Position numbers and translations under genes: made by a program. Below the pieces are notes generated by a model, which saw only the letters and a program-made list of their open reading frames with translations, ran no database searches and was not told the DNA's origin. DNA of 63,305 nt, the filler included, from Sphacelaria rigidula (taxonomy: Eukaryota): assembly GCA_964200075.2 (NCBI GenBank). It is 5 parts of 5 records of this genome, joined end to end, with 100 filler letters (N's around TTAATTAATTAA, not from the genome) between each part and the next. Parts side by side here need not be neighbours in the genome. Positions count along the whole stretch, not along the records: positions 50,726 to 63,305 come from CAXNAA020003608.1; 4 more parts are not named here. One strand, given 5' to 3'. This document shows, piece by piece, positions 50,726 to 62,306 of this stretch (position 1 is the first letter of the stretch; each line of letters begins with the position of its first letter).

Positions 50726-53700
50726 CTATGATAAATGTGCTTTCACACATACCCTTTGGGGGAATGGAAGGCTAGAAATCCCCCGATATGGTTTTAGGGA
50801 CGTCGGCAGGGATGGGGTGGTCCATATGAAACTCATTTATCATAGATTTTGGTCAGGGAAAGCACGGCTTTTGAGTTGAACCTCAATTCTTTTCAGCCCC
50901 AATTTCGAGAATCCACTGTTGGATACTGTCACATTCCGCAGTTTCATTTGTTTCAGACCAAGCGTGGCGGGAATAGCGGTGGACACTTCCAGCATGACGA
51001 GCTCGCTTCACGGGAGGTGTGCGAAGGTGGAAAAAACCCATCACGCACGCGACCCGTCACAGCACACATCGCAAGTGATTGCTACTGAAATAAGGTCGCG
51101 TCCCGGTAGTACACGGCGAACTCGTGCAGGGTTCTCTAAATGCCGGCCCGACTCCGCGCGCACAGATTTCAAGTCACACTTGTATACAGTACAGTATTTA
51201 TGTATGATACTGCTTGCTGTCTGTGTGTACGTGGTGTACCACCCCTTGCTCTGCCACATCTAGTACAGCGGTCGGTGTTGCAGCTGAGTGTGCATTCGCC
51301 CTAGGTGGCGCACGCAAGAGTGATAGGTCGCCTCTGCCGCTATAATCCGTGCCTGTATCTTGAGCGGAGCTGTATGGTAGCACAGCCGCTATGGGGCGCA
51401 CGCCGGCTGTAACAATTCATACCGCGTGGAGATTTCTACACTGTCTTGAAGTCATACTGGGCGCAGTTCCCACTTTTGTACAAGTACTGTGCACGTCGCA
51501 GAAGGCAACAGCTTCTATACTGTGCACAGCACATGCTTTTAAATTGTATACTGACTGTAGAAAGCTCTTGTCTAGGGTGTAAAACATTTCCATACATATC
51601 AGGCGGTAAGATCGTGAAATAATCCATAGCACATGGCCGAAGTGGAAGTGAGGTAATCACCGAAATATTCGCGCGCAAAGCCTGTGCGACCGTGTTGTAA
51701 GTTGATAACGCTAGAAGAACACCAGTGCAACGACCATTTCGGCTGCCGGCCTGTTTGCATGGCCGTCCCGGTAGTGATGGGACTGTCTGTACCGGGATGC
51801 CGCCCCCAGTGCCAGGTACGCCGGCAAGGGTCCGTGGTACTACCCACTGGTCGCGCGATAGGAGCTTAATCTTCGACTGTCGAGATTTTTGAAGCGGAAA
51901 TGTTCAGCTCCCAACCCTCACATATACAGCGGACCATAAACGACGCTTGTTTGCTGGGTTTCCTCGAGCGTTCGTCCATACCTCGGCGAAGATTGATGAT
52001 GAGGCCGGCAGGATCCGTCGCACCCTGCGTGCTCAACTGTCACTGTACCCACTCTTTCTAGCCGTCATCAGACAGCAGGGTGTTGAAAAAATAAAATGCC
52101 ACGCACCGTGGGTATCCACCGTTCAATGCACACCAGGCCATCAGCGACTTCCCCTACTGCAGCTGTGACTGTGACCCCTTCCTCTAGCACCAATCTACAC
52201 ATTCCTCAGTGTTCTTCACCATGCTTTTGTGGGTTGCTGTGTTCGCATAATTGGGGCACAAATTACGCAGATATGACCGTGTTAGAGGGTTCACGTCCAA
52301 GCTAAATGATGAGGGATCTCAGATCATTCGACTTGTGTTTGCTGCTGACTAAGTCAAGGCAATGCCCAGCTGTTTTCTACTGCTTTGCTCCCATGTTCTC
52401 GTGACATTCGCTGCATAACCGCTATCTTCGTATTCCCGAATCATCGAGAACGCAAAGAAAATCACGGTGAAAAAATACACCGCCATGAGCGGGCTTTTGT
52501 GGTTCTTGTTTGAAGTTTTCCACGATCTTGGTAAGGCTTTTGTGGTTCGGGCTCGACACCCCGGGAAAAAGAGCCAGCGTGGGCGACGTTCGACGGCCAG
52601 AACACGCGCCACAGGTATTAGATGACACCCAAACCTAAAAGGAAATGTACCGGTGCACCTTCTCCGTGCACTGCAAAATAAAGCGCGTGATAAGATGCCT
52701 TGCCGCCAGAGGAAACTCGGCAAAAGTGGTGAAAAAAGTGAAATGATACATGTACATATATCCATTGCGTTTGAATGAAGTCGTTACAGGTAGATAAGCG
52801 GCACAACTTGTAAGGGTTCAAGAAAATCACAAGCCACGTTTCTTTTTCACGGAGAGTGCCTCTTTTGTGTTGATTCATGTGGTCCATCTGTTTGAATGAC
52901 GTTTCAAGTATGATACTGCTGGAGTCTAGGCGTGTTGCCATGATTTGTTGATGAAAGATACTCCAGCAGAGCATTTAGACCACGTAAGCTGGAAGGCATC
53001 TTGTGCGCAAGATTGTAGTTGATCCAAGCTACAGAGCTACCGCGTCAGCAGTCGCAATGTTGAATTGAAGTATAAAATTTGATCTTACATACGTGTAGAG
53101 ACTTCAGCTTTTTGTTCAAGGTTCAAGTGTGCTTTGACTCGGTGACCTCTACCGTCTATGCCTTCGCTCTCCCAAGCTCACCCAGCTCTCCTTCGTTTCC
53201 TCCGGCCCTCTGCTTGCCAAAGAGACTGCTTGATTTGGTTCGGCCAGGTGAAGAGCCCCAAATACCATTTGTATTTTCCTACTTTCTCTCTGTTGCAGAA
53301 GCTAGTGGTTCACCTACCATTGTGCAACCTCTGCCATGCACTACTATCCACGCAACGGTAGTCGGTCTGCCTCGAGGGCAGTCCCGCACGACACGAGCCA
53401 GTATTTCCAACACCCGATACATTAGATAAAGTCACTCCACAACCGTCGACGACTTGCGGGAGAGCTGGTGGTCGTGTCGCCATCATCTACTGTACGTGCC
53501 ATCATTGAGTGAAAGAAAGACACGAACTGGGGGGAGAGAGATCGATCCCGTGAGATTGCAGGCTCATCCCGAGTACGCGAGGGAGACTAAAAGTACAAAA
53601 AATCGGTTGAAATGTATATCGCTGTCCTGCTGCGGTGGTGCTGAGGCGATAGTTGCCGGACCAAAGAATAGCGCCTCCGAAACGCCTGACAGCAGACCCC

Positions 53701-53823
53701 ACCACTCTGTCCTCGAGCGCGTATCGTGGGGGTGCACTTCTGTTCAAAAATGAACACATGTGTGCCCAATTTGGTATGACGTCTTCCAAAGCATTGTACT
53801 GTGACTATTGCGTGGTAAAATGT

Positions 53824-54029
53824 CTGTAATGCGTGAGGGGACCGCCTGCTTAGAGGACCGCATCGTAGTTCGAAACATCTTATCTCAGGGTCGACCAGTC
53901 GGGCCAGTCCCTCCAGGGACCACGCCCCGGAACCTAACCCCAACACTTATCCTAACCCTAACACTAACCATAGGGATGTTCAAATTCCGATGCGGTCCTC
54001 GAAGCACGCGATCCTCTCACGCATTACAG
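53824..54029. mobile_element. MITE with ~50-bp TIRs and internal (CCTAAC)n-like tract
   Basis: ctgtaatgcgtgag...ctcacgcattacag. Interior cctaaccccaacacttatcctaaccctaacactaacc. Confidence 0.8.
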
Positions 54030-54501
54030 TGTCCGTGTGTTTGCGTGTTCACATGCTCTCCAACTACCCTGGGCTGAACAACACGTCAACAGCAGCCAAG
54101 GGTAATTCGACAGCAGATCCCGATTTGTCTTGCTCGTTATTCCCGGTGACCTGCCTGCATGTGCTTCGAACTACCGTCAGCATCTTGGTCGCTAGGACTG
54201 AGTATATGTCCTGGTGTCGCAGGCCTCCTAGCGGAGCCGGCAACGTATTTCCCCGGGGTCTTCTCTCAGTCTGGGCTTTTCGGAAGGTGATGTAAGCTCA
54301 ATAATACGGTGTCGTTAGCCTACCGAAACTGTATCCCACTTGTCCAGTCCACCCTACAGTTCCAACCTGGTGTGTTACCACTGATGGTACTCCACCTTGG
54401 TCACTGACTTGTCACACTTTCGTGCTTCTTGATTAGTAATGCGTCGAACCGACACCTTATTTTCTACCCTGATGTCGCCCGATTACTAACTGGTCCCTCA
54501 G

Positions 54502-54615
54502 GTTTCCGTACTTGCTTCCCAACCTGGCCGGGGCGGGTTTAGCTATCATCACCCTATCGATGACGTCTCTCTTCCTTGCGCGGGATCCGGCCGTAGTAGC
54601 ACTCCGCAACTTCAG
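54502..54615 (+). CDS. MFS transporter, ZIF1/ZIFL-like; exon with the FPYLLP helix
   Basis: cctcag|(x)FPYLLPNLAGAGLAIITLSMTSLFLARD...NF|gtacga. FPYLLP is characteristic of ZIFL-type MFS TM6. Phase 2/2. Not in the ORF track. Confidence 0.8.
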
Positions 54616-55056
54616 GTACGAGGTAGGGTTGAAGGGCATTGCTTGATACATGTGTGATACCTGTGTCTAGTGCTGTACGTGATAAAATCTGACATCGGTG
54701 CTGGTGCCTGAGGAAGAACTTGCATGCTGCAACAAAGACTTTGCCTATGATTTGCGGGAGACTCGATGACTGCAGCACAGTAATCACCCGCGGCCACATG
54801 ATGCCGAGACGGGTCCTGTCATTGGCCTCAACCTTTTATCGTCGGCTGCGTATGCCATTTTCGAGCATGGCTAGACTCTTGGACTTCGTGTTGGACGCAG
54901 GGGATCCGCACGCCCTCCACTCTGGCGAAAGAATACTTCGACGTATGAAGACGCTCACATCTGAGATGTTACGTTGACGCGACATTCTGTGCAACCATGC
55001 CAAAAGAGAATATTCTCATCATAACTATTTTTGATGTTGAGGAAAGGTACCCGTTT

Positions 55057-55487
55057 AACACTGGATTTTACCGATTGGGGATGGATCCCTTAACGGGGAT
55101 GAGAACCCAGAGAATTAAAGTCTTCGTATCTAAACCAAGTTTTCGAAATATGGTTCTATTTCTCTATTGGCTAGTAGCTATTGGCAATTACTACACGTCA
55201 TACAAAGTTGGATTTCGATAACCGAAATGTTGGGGTCCTAGATGAAAACCTTTTTTTGAGAAATTTTGGTGATCCGATCGGACCCCACAATTGTTTTTTC
55301 ATCTAAGACTCCGACATTTCGGTTATCGAAATCACAATTTGCATGACGTGTAGTAATTGTCAATAGCTACCAGCAAGTGAAGAAATGGAACTATACTCCG
55401 AATATTCGGTGTGGACACGAAGATTTTCATTCTCCGGGTTCTCATCCCCGATAAAACATTCATCCCCAATTTGTAAAATCCCGTGTT
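55057..55487. mobile_element. 430-bp foldback element (MITE-like) in MFS intron
   Basis: ~190-bp imperfect inverted arms, e.g. gtagctattggcaattactacacgtcat / atgacgtgtagtaattgtcaatagctac. Confidence 0.8.
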
Positions 55488-56387
55488 GCTTGTCGATGAA
55501 AGGAAATACTACGGGACAATATTCTCCGTTTGCTGCTGCGGATACAGACGGGCACACTATTTGTTTTGGTCATTATTTTGACGCTTCGCCTTCCTCGGGA
55601 CGAGTTGAAGTCTTCAGGGATCAACATAATTTTCCTTTGGTGTGTGCTTGACATTTCGGCACTGTGGATTGAATCAGTTATTCCGCACCGCGTCGATCGT
55701 CGTCAGTGTATTTCCATACGAGATTCCTCACATTTTGAACCACAGCAATCAGATATTACATACTGCAGAAAACCACCGTATCTGCCGAGATGTGAAATCC
55801 TCAACCCCGGCTGAAGTGGTTTCATGCCGTATCGGGTAGACAGACCACTTGGGAGCCGTATGGGTTATTTATCGGGACGTACACAGTGTCATAACTGTGT
55901 GCTAGGGCAGTTACATGGTTTCTGAACAGTGGCTTTGCCTAGAGTATACGAACGCCTCTGTACACGGTGAAGGTAATCGTCTACTGCATTTCGTCTTTCA
56001 ACAGCAATTGTCAGCTCGGATGGAGGTTTCGAAGGGTAGAGAGTATGGTGTTCGGCATTTGTGCAGCACGGGATGCGAAACCGTTAAAGGTAGACACGGG
56101 ATACTCTCATAACAGCTCTCAGACCTGGACACATAGAAGGTATGTATCGGTGGAGAGCGGGTGAAAATAAGCAAACCTAGGCTCGGTCCAATGGGACTCA
56201 TTGACAGGTTACTCCTCCCTCTCTCATTGCGCGATATTGCAATAGCTGAAAGCAACAGAAACAGTTCTCGAGTATAAATACGTGTAACGAGTCACACATC
56301 TACCCAAGTACCACCCCAAAGAACAACACTCGCAAGGTAGATTGTAAAACCCCGCGAGTCAGGCTTTCAAGTTTTTCCATCTATTGG

Positions 56388-56790
56388 CCGGTCGGACTGG
56401 TGGCTCAGTTGGTAACCTCGAAACGGTCTGACGATTGGGTCGTGGGTTCGAATCTGAGTGAAGCTACACGATCTGGGATTTTCTCTCACACCATGTCCGA
56501 CAGTGAAGAGCGACTATGTCGTGGGTACACAAACTCGATTTCACGGTCGACGGGGGAAAGGAGGCACCGCCGAACCCTTCTCGCGATAAAAGGTAACGAA
56601 AGCACCGCAAAAGAAAGGTGGAGTACGATATTAAAACAAGAAATGAGAACTCCTGTGTTGACTTTCCTCCTGTGTGACGGCGGCTGATGCGCCCACATAT
56701 ACCGGAGGGTGTAGACTGGCGTCCAGAATACATGGGAGGATAGCACACTCTGTTTCTGTCTTTTTCTCTCTATCACACACACACACAACA
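56388..56790 (+). mobile_element. SINE family A, full-length
   Basis: tggctcagttgg A box, gggttcgaatct B box, family 3' core, decayed CA tail. Confidence 0.85.
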
Positions 56791-57351
56791 CATTTTAGTA
56801 TTTACTATAATGTATTCAAATCAACCGATGCCGCGACCGGTTATATACGTGAAAATATAATCAAAACTCTCCAGGGGTCAGACGAACCATCCCTGGTTCA
56901 AATCACCAAATCTACGATTTCCGGGATCTGGTTGTTCGAATGAGAAAATAAAGTTGACCGCGTTCTGAAAACGTCTGTGCGCGAAGTCTGGGCTATTCGC
57001 TATTCCACGTGCCATGCCCGGGGTGCACGGACGAGGGGTGTAGCGCTGAAAACAAAACCTAAGGATTGTTCCGTGCAGTGCGAATCAAGGACACTACTTC
57101 CTCTATCTCATAATAAGTACATGCCCTATGATTACACAGAGTGTCCGACGCCGTAGGCGGTAATTGTTTTGAAATCTTCGGTGTCTTTTTAGTGGGAACC
57201 CGTATTTGTTTTTCTGCACGTACTACCCTGCATGCACCAACGGCCAAAAGAGCAGCGGTCGGCCTCCAAAAGGCCGTATTCTCCCCTTTTCCAGGGGTGA
57301 AACATTGATGAGAAAAATACAAGAAAACATTTTCGTGAACCGTCCTCGCCG

Positions 57352-57615
57352 TCACTGGGGCTTTATGCTATGTAGTCCCAGGCCTTGGTAAAGGCCCCCT
57401 GATAATGTTTTACCACCCTTTCTTGCTTTGCACTCGGGCCAATGTGTTTTTGGGCAGCCCGCGCCAACACCGTAACGCTTCGCGATGGAGGCTTGAGCGC
57501 CCTTGGGCACCCTTGATTTGCCTGATGGAATGGCCAACGCTATCTCCACCGCCATGACGTAACGACGGCCCAACGATACTTCGGACCCTGGTTTACGCTT
57601 GTGGGGGATATCCAT
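57352..57615 (-). mobile_element. Possible Tc1/mariner transposase N-terminal (HTH) remnant
   Basis: ...VSLGRRYVMAVEI...RVPKGAQASIAKRYGVG....THW resembles the 'L..G....IA..F.V......IW' N-terminus of plant/stramenopile mariner-like transposases. No DDD domain seen. Confidence 0.35.
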
Positions 57616-57970
57616 CGTGATTGTGGGATGCAGTGGACCTCCAAACGTCGTAAATAACACAAGCTCTCGGAAATATTCTCAAACAATTCCCTAAAACCCG
57701 CCAAAATTTCCACTTTCGACCCAGTAATTCTCAGTAAGTCCGAGTCGGGGTTTTTCTCAAGAGCATCACCGTATCAATAGCTTCTCAGCAAACCTAACTT
57801 CAGCACCGTATGCAACTCCATTGGCGAGATAGGATCTGCCCCCCATAAGGACATTCTATTTATGGGACAGAGGAGGTATGAGAACAACACTTTTCATATG
57901 AATCATTTTTCGTCCGACGCTTGAAACTCGTGACCCTACGTTTTCGTGTGGTATCAATCATTTTTTCTAG

Positions 57971-58493
57971 GCCCGATCCTCTTGAGGATGATATGAACAT
58001 CGAAACCCCATCACTGGTTAGAGATCGTGCCGACACGAGTGTCCGAACGCCAAGTCGCACCCCCCGTGGGGCAAGGAGCTACCTCTACACGCCTGGTCGA
58101 ACATTCTGCCCATCTCCGAGTAGCGTCGGCGATCAGTTTGACACCCGTGGGGCAAGGAACCGCCTCTACACGCCTGGTCGAAAGTTCTGCCCATCCCCGA
58201 GTAGCGTCGGCGATCATTTTGACACCCGCGGTCACGAATCGCGCCGGTCAGCATCCCTCGATTTCTCTGCCGCTGGAATCAATATTCCGCCATCGGCACC
58301 TCGACCACCGAAGAAGACCATGACCGAGCCAAGTCGTCAACCGGCGTCACCTGCGGAGGATGAGGGTAGGAGATCGAGATCGGTCGCTGGATGCCATCGT
58401 CTGAAGCGTAACGTGGTTAGAGTATTGAGGCCCAGAAGCTTGCTGGCGAACGCGAACGTCCGGAGCATCGTAGGCGCCTATGCCATCCACTCG
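57971..58493 (+). CDS. MFS ZIFL-like transporter; central cytoplasmic loop exon plus start of TM7
   Basis: ttctag|g completes AGG with the previous exon. Ends SLLANANVRSIVGAYAIHS|gtgaga, which resembles ZIFL SLLKNWPLMSSIIVYCVFS. Confidence 0.75.
58063..58230 (+). repeat. In-frame 81-bp (27-aa) tandem duplication
   Basis: RGARSYLYTPGRTFCPSPSSVGDQFDT / RGARNRLYTPGRKFCPSPSSVGDHFDT. Units start at 58063 and 58144. Confidence 0.9.
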
Positions 58494-59281
58494 GTGAGAT
58501 AGATCTTCGGTAATGCTATTTCCAAGTCGCGGCTTGGACATAACTTGGAAATAGCATTACCCACAGATCTTTCAATTTCGCATTTGGATGAAGTTTATTT
58601 GAACACCCGCAAAGAACACGGGGCGTGGGGTGCTTATTATTTCACCCCGACACTACCACGGAGTTCACAACCAGAAACCCTGTCAGGGCCATTTCGCATC
58701 TCTCCGCGTGCCAAATGCCGACCTAGCGATAAGTGTATTTTGGCCCGGATGGTTTTTCGAATAGGGTAACTCGAGGCGGCGGGGAATGTACGAGATTGCG
58801 AGTAAAGAGAATAGTTCGCAGCCTACGCATAACAACACACTGTGGCATTTACTGTCGTTCGCGTAATGTTCCTCGTGTAACCTACAGGCACCCACGTTCG
58901 TATAGGTGTACAGTACCCCCACGTGTCGATGACGCAGATACAGCTGAGGTAGACGGTCAGAAGTCGATGAACACAGACACGAGGCGATCAGAAGTGGGTA
59001 GAGTGTATCGTCGTTTCCCAGATAGTCACAACGAGGGTCAGGAGGGATGAAAGCATCGTTCTCAGATCAGGATTTTCACTGGGGGAAATTCCGCGGTTTT
59101 GTCCCGCTTAGTAGAGTTGTGAACTGGTTTGGCCAACCACTTAACTGGTTGCAAAAAATTACAACCAGTAACAGTTATAAGTTGAAACTGGATAACTGGC
59201 GTCGAAGCCTCCCCACGACTCCACATTGCTTGGCAAGGCAGCGCGGCGGAGTCGCATAACCGCCCCCCCCCCGGCCGGTGA

Positions 59282-59541
59282 GCGAAGCAAGGGGTTCAGG
59301 TGGGTGAAGATATGGTATTAGGGTTGATTTTCGCAGATGATTTTGTGGGGATTTCAGGAACACCAGAAGGATTACAGACACAGATAGACAAGGCGCTAGA
59401 ATAAACTAGGAAATGGAGAGTGACAGCGAACGTCGACAAAGCGCGGTACTCGTCTGTAACGAAGATGAGGAAAATCGGGTAGAGTTCAAATGGAAGTGGG
59501 GAGAAGAGGAATTGCCGATCGTGGATCAGTACACATACCTG
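59282..59541 (+). mobile_element. Non-LTR retrotransposon (LINE) reverse-transcriptase remnant
   Basis: GLIFADDFVGISGTPEGLQTQIDKALE*TRKWRVTANVDK, then a frameshift, then FKWKWGEEELPIVDQYTYL. FADD catalytic motif; one stop and one frameshift. Confidence 0.9.
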
Positions 59542-59710
59542 AGAATTCTCAAGTATGGGTAAATTATGTAGACTAGAAACCATATTCCTGCCCACCCCAT
59601 CCTTGCACACAGCATTCGCGAATTTGAAAAGCTACACTCATGAATCGAGGAGTTTGTTTGTGCGCTGTAGGAAATGGTCATGAATATATGCATATGGCGT
59701 GGGTATTTTT

Positions 59711-60035
59711 GCCTCGCCCCGGTGGTGTAATGGTCCGATTATCGCCGTTAAGGTAAAGAGAACGAGAGTTCGATTCCCGTTGCGTTGGTGTTTTTCTTCG
59801 AAATGTCTGATTTCCACCGTGGAATGCGTGAGAACGTGAATGAATAATGTAGTCTTCTGAGTTTGTTTGACGTGAGCTGACGCGGTGCGGGAATGCTGAT
59901 AGTCATGGCCCAATCAGCGAGACCAAAATGCAAGGCGTGTACCGGGGGGGGAAATGGGTGAATTCCTTGGGACCACACTCATCCCGAAGAAGGGGAGAGG
60001 TTCAAAGTTCGATAAGTATACAGTAAATAATAAAC
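59711..60035 (+). mobile_element. SINE family B, full-length tRNA-derived SINE
   Basis: A box tggtgtaatgg, B box gagttcgattccc. Body matches 45693-46011. Confidence 0.85.
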
Positions 60036-61512
60036 ACTACTATGGCCTACACTCCCCGTTTTGGAGCCGGCAGTGCGCGTCCCTTCGTCCGGAATTCGCC
60101 TCGTCTTCCACTCTGTTTCATCAACACTATACACTCTATGTCCTCGCCGCCGGAATTTCCCCTGCAACTTTTCACGGTTCGGTGTAGTTTGTATATGCTG
60201 GGCTCTGTGACGTGTTTCCGCTTTGGGCTCTGAGCAGCGTGGCGAGGGGTGGACTGGAGTGGTCGACGAAGGACCTTGCACAGGTATGTTCAGGCTTGCT
60301 TTCCCGAGATCATGCACGCCACGCGCATCTACCAAGTCCCTCGCGTCGACAATTTTGATGTAGTGGCGCAGGCCAGGCCCTGAAAGGGGCACCGAGGGTG
60401 CTCAATACGTCGTGAGTGAGAGCATTATAAGGAATACTGGCCTGGTGCTGGATCTGTACAAACGATATTGAGCGTGTCGAAGTAGTTCCCCGGTGGGGAG
60501 GTGCTGCCGTAGTTATCCCAACTAGTGACACTCACGTACCGATGACGCAACGTTATCTCTGCACATTTACTGGTTCCGGAAGCGATCACCTGGATGTTGT
60601 TCAGTTGAGTTGTGACTATGCCCTACTGTCGTCGCCTGTAGAGGATGTGGGTGGCAGCCCGTTCGAAGCGAAATCGCAATGCCCGAGTCGTGTTGAGACC
60701 TTGACATCCAAATTTTCCGCCTCCATCCAACTTGAATTCTCTGCACCACACACCGCCAGGCATCACTGGCTGAATTATTTCGGATTTTCTTGAAAAAATT
60801 GCCCTGAATTTGAACCACGTTGGCAATCGCGTCAAACCAAGCATTTGTTCGAGCTCGCGATTCAGCAATGATGGTTAGCGGTCACGCGAAGACCCAATGA
60901 ATGAATATTACGCACTCAGCCTTCGTATTCCTGCACACGCTGTAGGTTGTCTTGGAAAGAACAGACTCTCAGTGCGAGTTGCCGCCCGTTTGTCGGCTCT
61001 GAGATTCCTTCATGAAGTCGTACACTTGGTGCTATTTAGAATGTCGAGCGCCCTGTAGTACCGTGAAAAACACCAGACAGCACTTCTTGAGAAGCCGCAT
61101 GTGTGCAGCGCATGCGGTTGGCCCCCCTCGCCCTTGTCAGAGGAGGAAGTATAGTTAGCAAACCAAGGTGACATGAAATCGTTTGGTACCCGAGTAGCGA
61201 GAAAAGAATCGCTATGCTAAAAAATGGACGGTAGCCACAGACAGCAAAACAAGAAGGAGATAAGATATTGAGGAGGTTTATATGCAAAAAAGAAACGCAA
61301 TGAGCGCCCTCATGTCTGAGGTACCTCTGTTAGGAGTATACGGGAAAGGTGCTTCGTCTCGAAAGGGGTGCGTGGTCAATGGCCAAATAGCTGAAGCAAG
61401 CAACAAATGATTATGCCCCCTCACCCCTCTCATGCCGCTTTGATAATGACCCCTTATTTCGGCTAACCCAACCTTCCGTCGGATCTTTGTCGCCCCCTTC
61501 ACCTCACAACAG

Positions 61513-61734
61513 CTCTTCTTCCCTTGTGGCGTGAGCATGCTCATCTTTCAGCTGATCGTCATCCCTTGCGTTACCAAGCGCATAGGAATCACGACTTCAC
61601 AACGCTTGGCGTCAGTCGGCGCAGCACTAAGTGTTCTTGCCATTCCTCTTGTCCCTCGTTCCTCTGGCGACGGAGCTCCCTCGTTCTGGGTCATTCTAGT
61701 GGTGTTTTTCTCCGCGATTGCGTGCTTCAGTGTG
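61513..61734 (+). CDS. MFS ZIFL-like transporter exon (about TM8-10)
   Basis: caacag|LFFPCGVSMLIFQLIVIPCVTKRIGITTSQRLAS...LAIPLV...ACFSV|gtgagt. FQL...P...KRIG is the MFS TM8-loop pattern. Phase 0/0. Confidence 0.85.
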
Positions 61735-62207
61735 GTGAGTGCTCCGGAGGCGTTTGGCTGCAGAGTAACGTCTATCGTAGGCGCCTCCACCCGAAATGTC
61801 GCCGATACTGGTACACGTGTGAATCCACCCGGGTTGTTGATGTGGCCATAGAAGCGCCCCTGAAACGTTAGCCCGTACCGTGTGTCGAGTTGCATTACCG
61901 ACGTGCCAGAGTCTTTGTGCCTGCTGTTTCGTTGAGGGCTCTTATCGATCGTGTTAACTATAGTGTGTCGCACAAGCCGATTTGTAGTGATTGCAGTCTG
62001 CTGATTTATGATTGCCGACAAATCTTTGTGGCCTCCTCCTGTTCGGCTCTACGTGGTTCTTCGTGCAATGCCCTCCCCGCCGGTGTACTTTCGCGTGTAC
62101 TCTGCATTCAAATGATGTCAGTATAAGTCAACACGGTGCATTGGATTGAGCTCATTACGTGCTCTCCCTCTTGTCTGCTCGCCGGCCAACTCCATCACAT
62201 CGCTCAG

Positions 62208-62306
62208 ATATCTCTCAACATGGCACTGGCCATTAACAACTGCGTAGACTTGTCTCGGAGAGGAGAAGTAAATGGTCTTGCGACGACCTACAGCGCTCTG
62301 ACAGAG
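62208..62306 (+). CDS. MFS ZIFL-like transporter exon (TM10-11 loop)
   Basis: gctcag|ISLNMALAINNCVDLSRRGEVNGLATTYSALTE|gtgagc. NN.V....RG..NG is a ZIFL signature. Confidence 0.88.

Noticed and set aside
13260..62306. DOMON + Ig-like + ZIFL transporter as a metal-uptake gene cluster
   Set aside because: The genes are on separate concatenated scaffolds; their proximity is artefactual.
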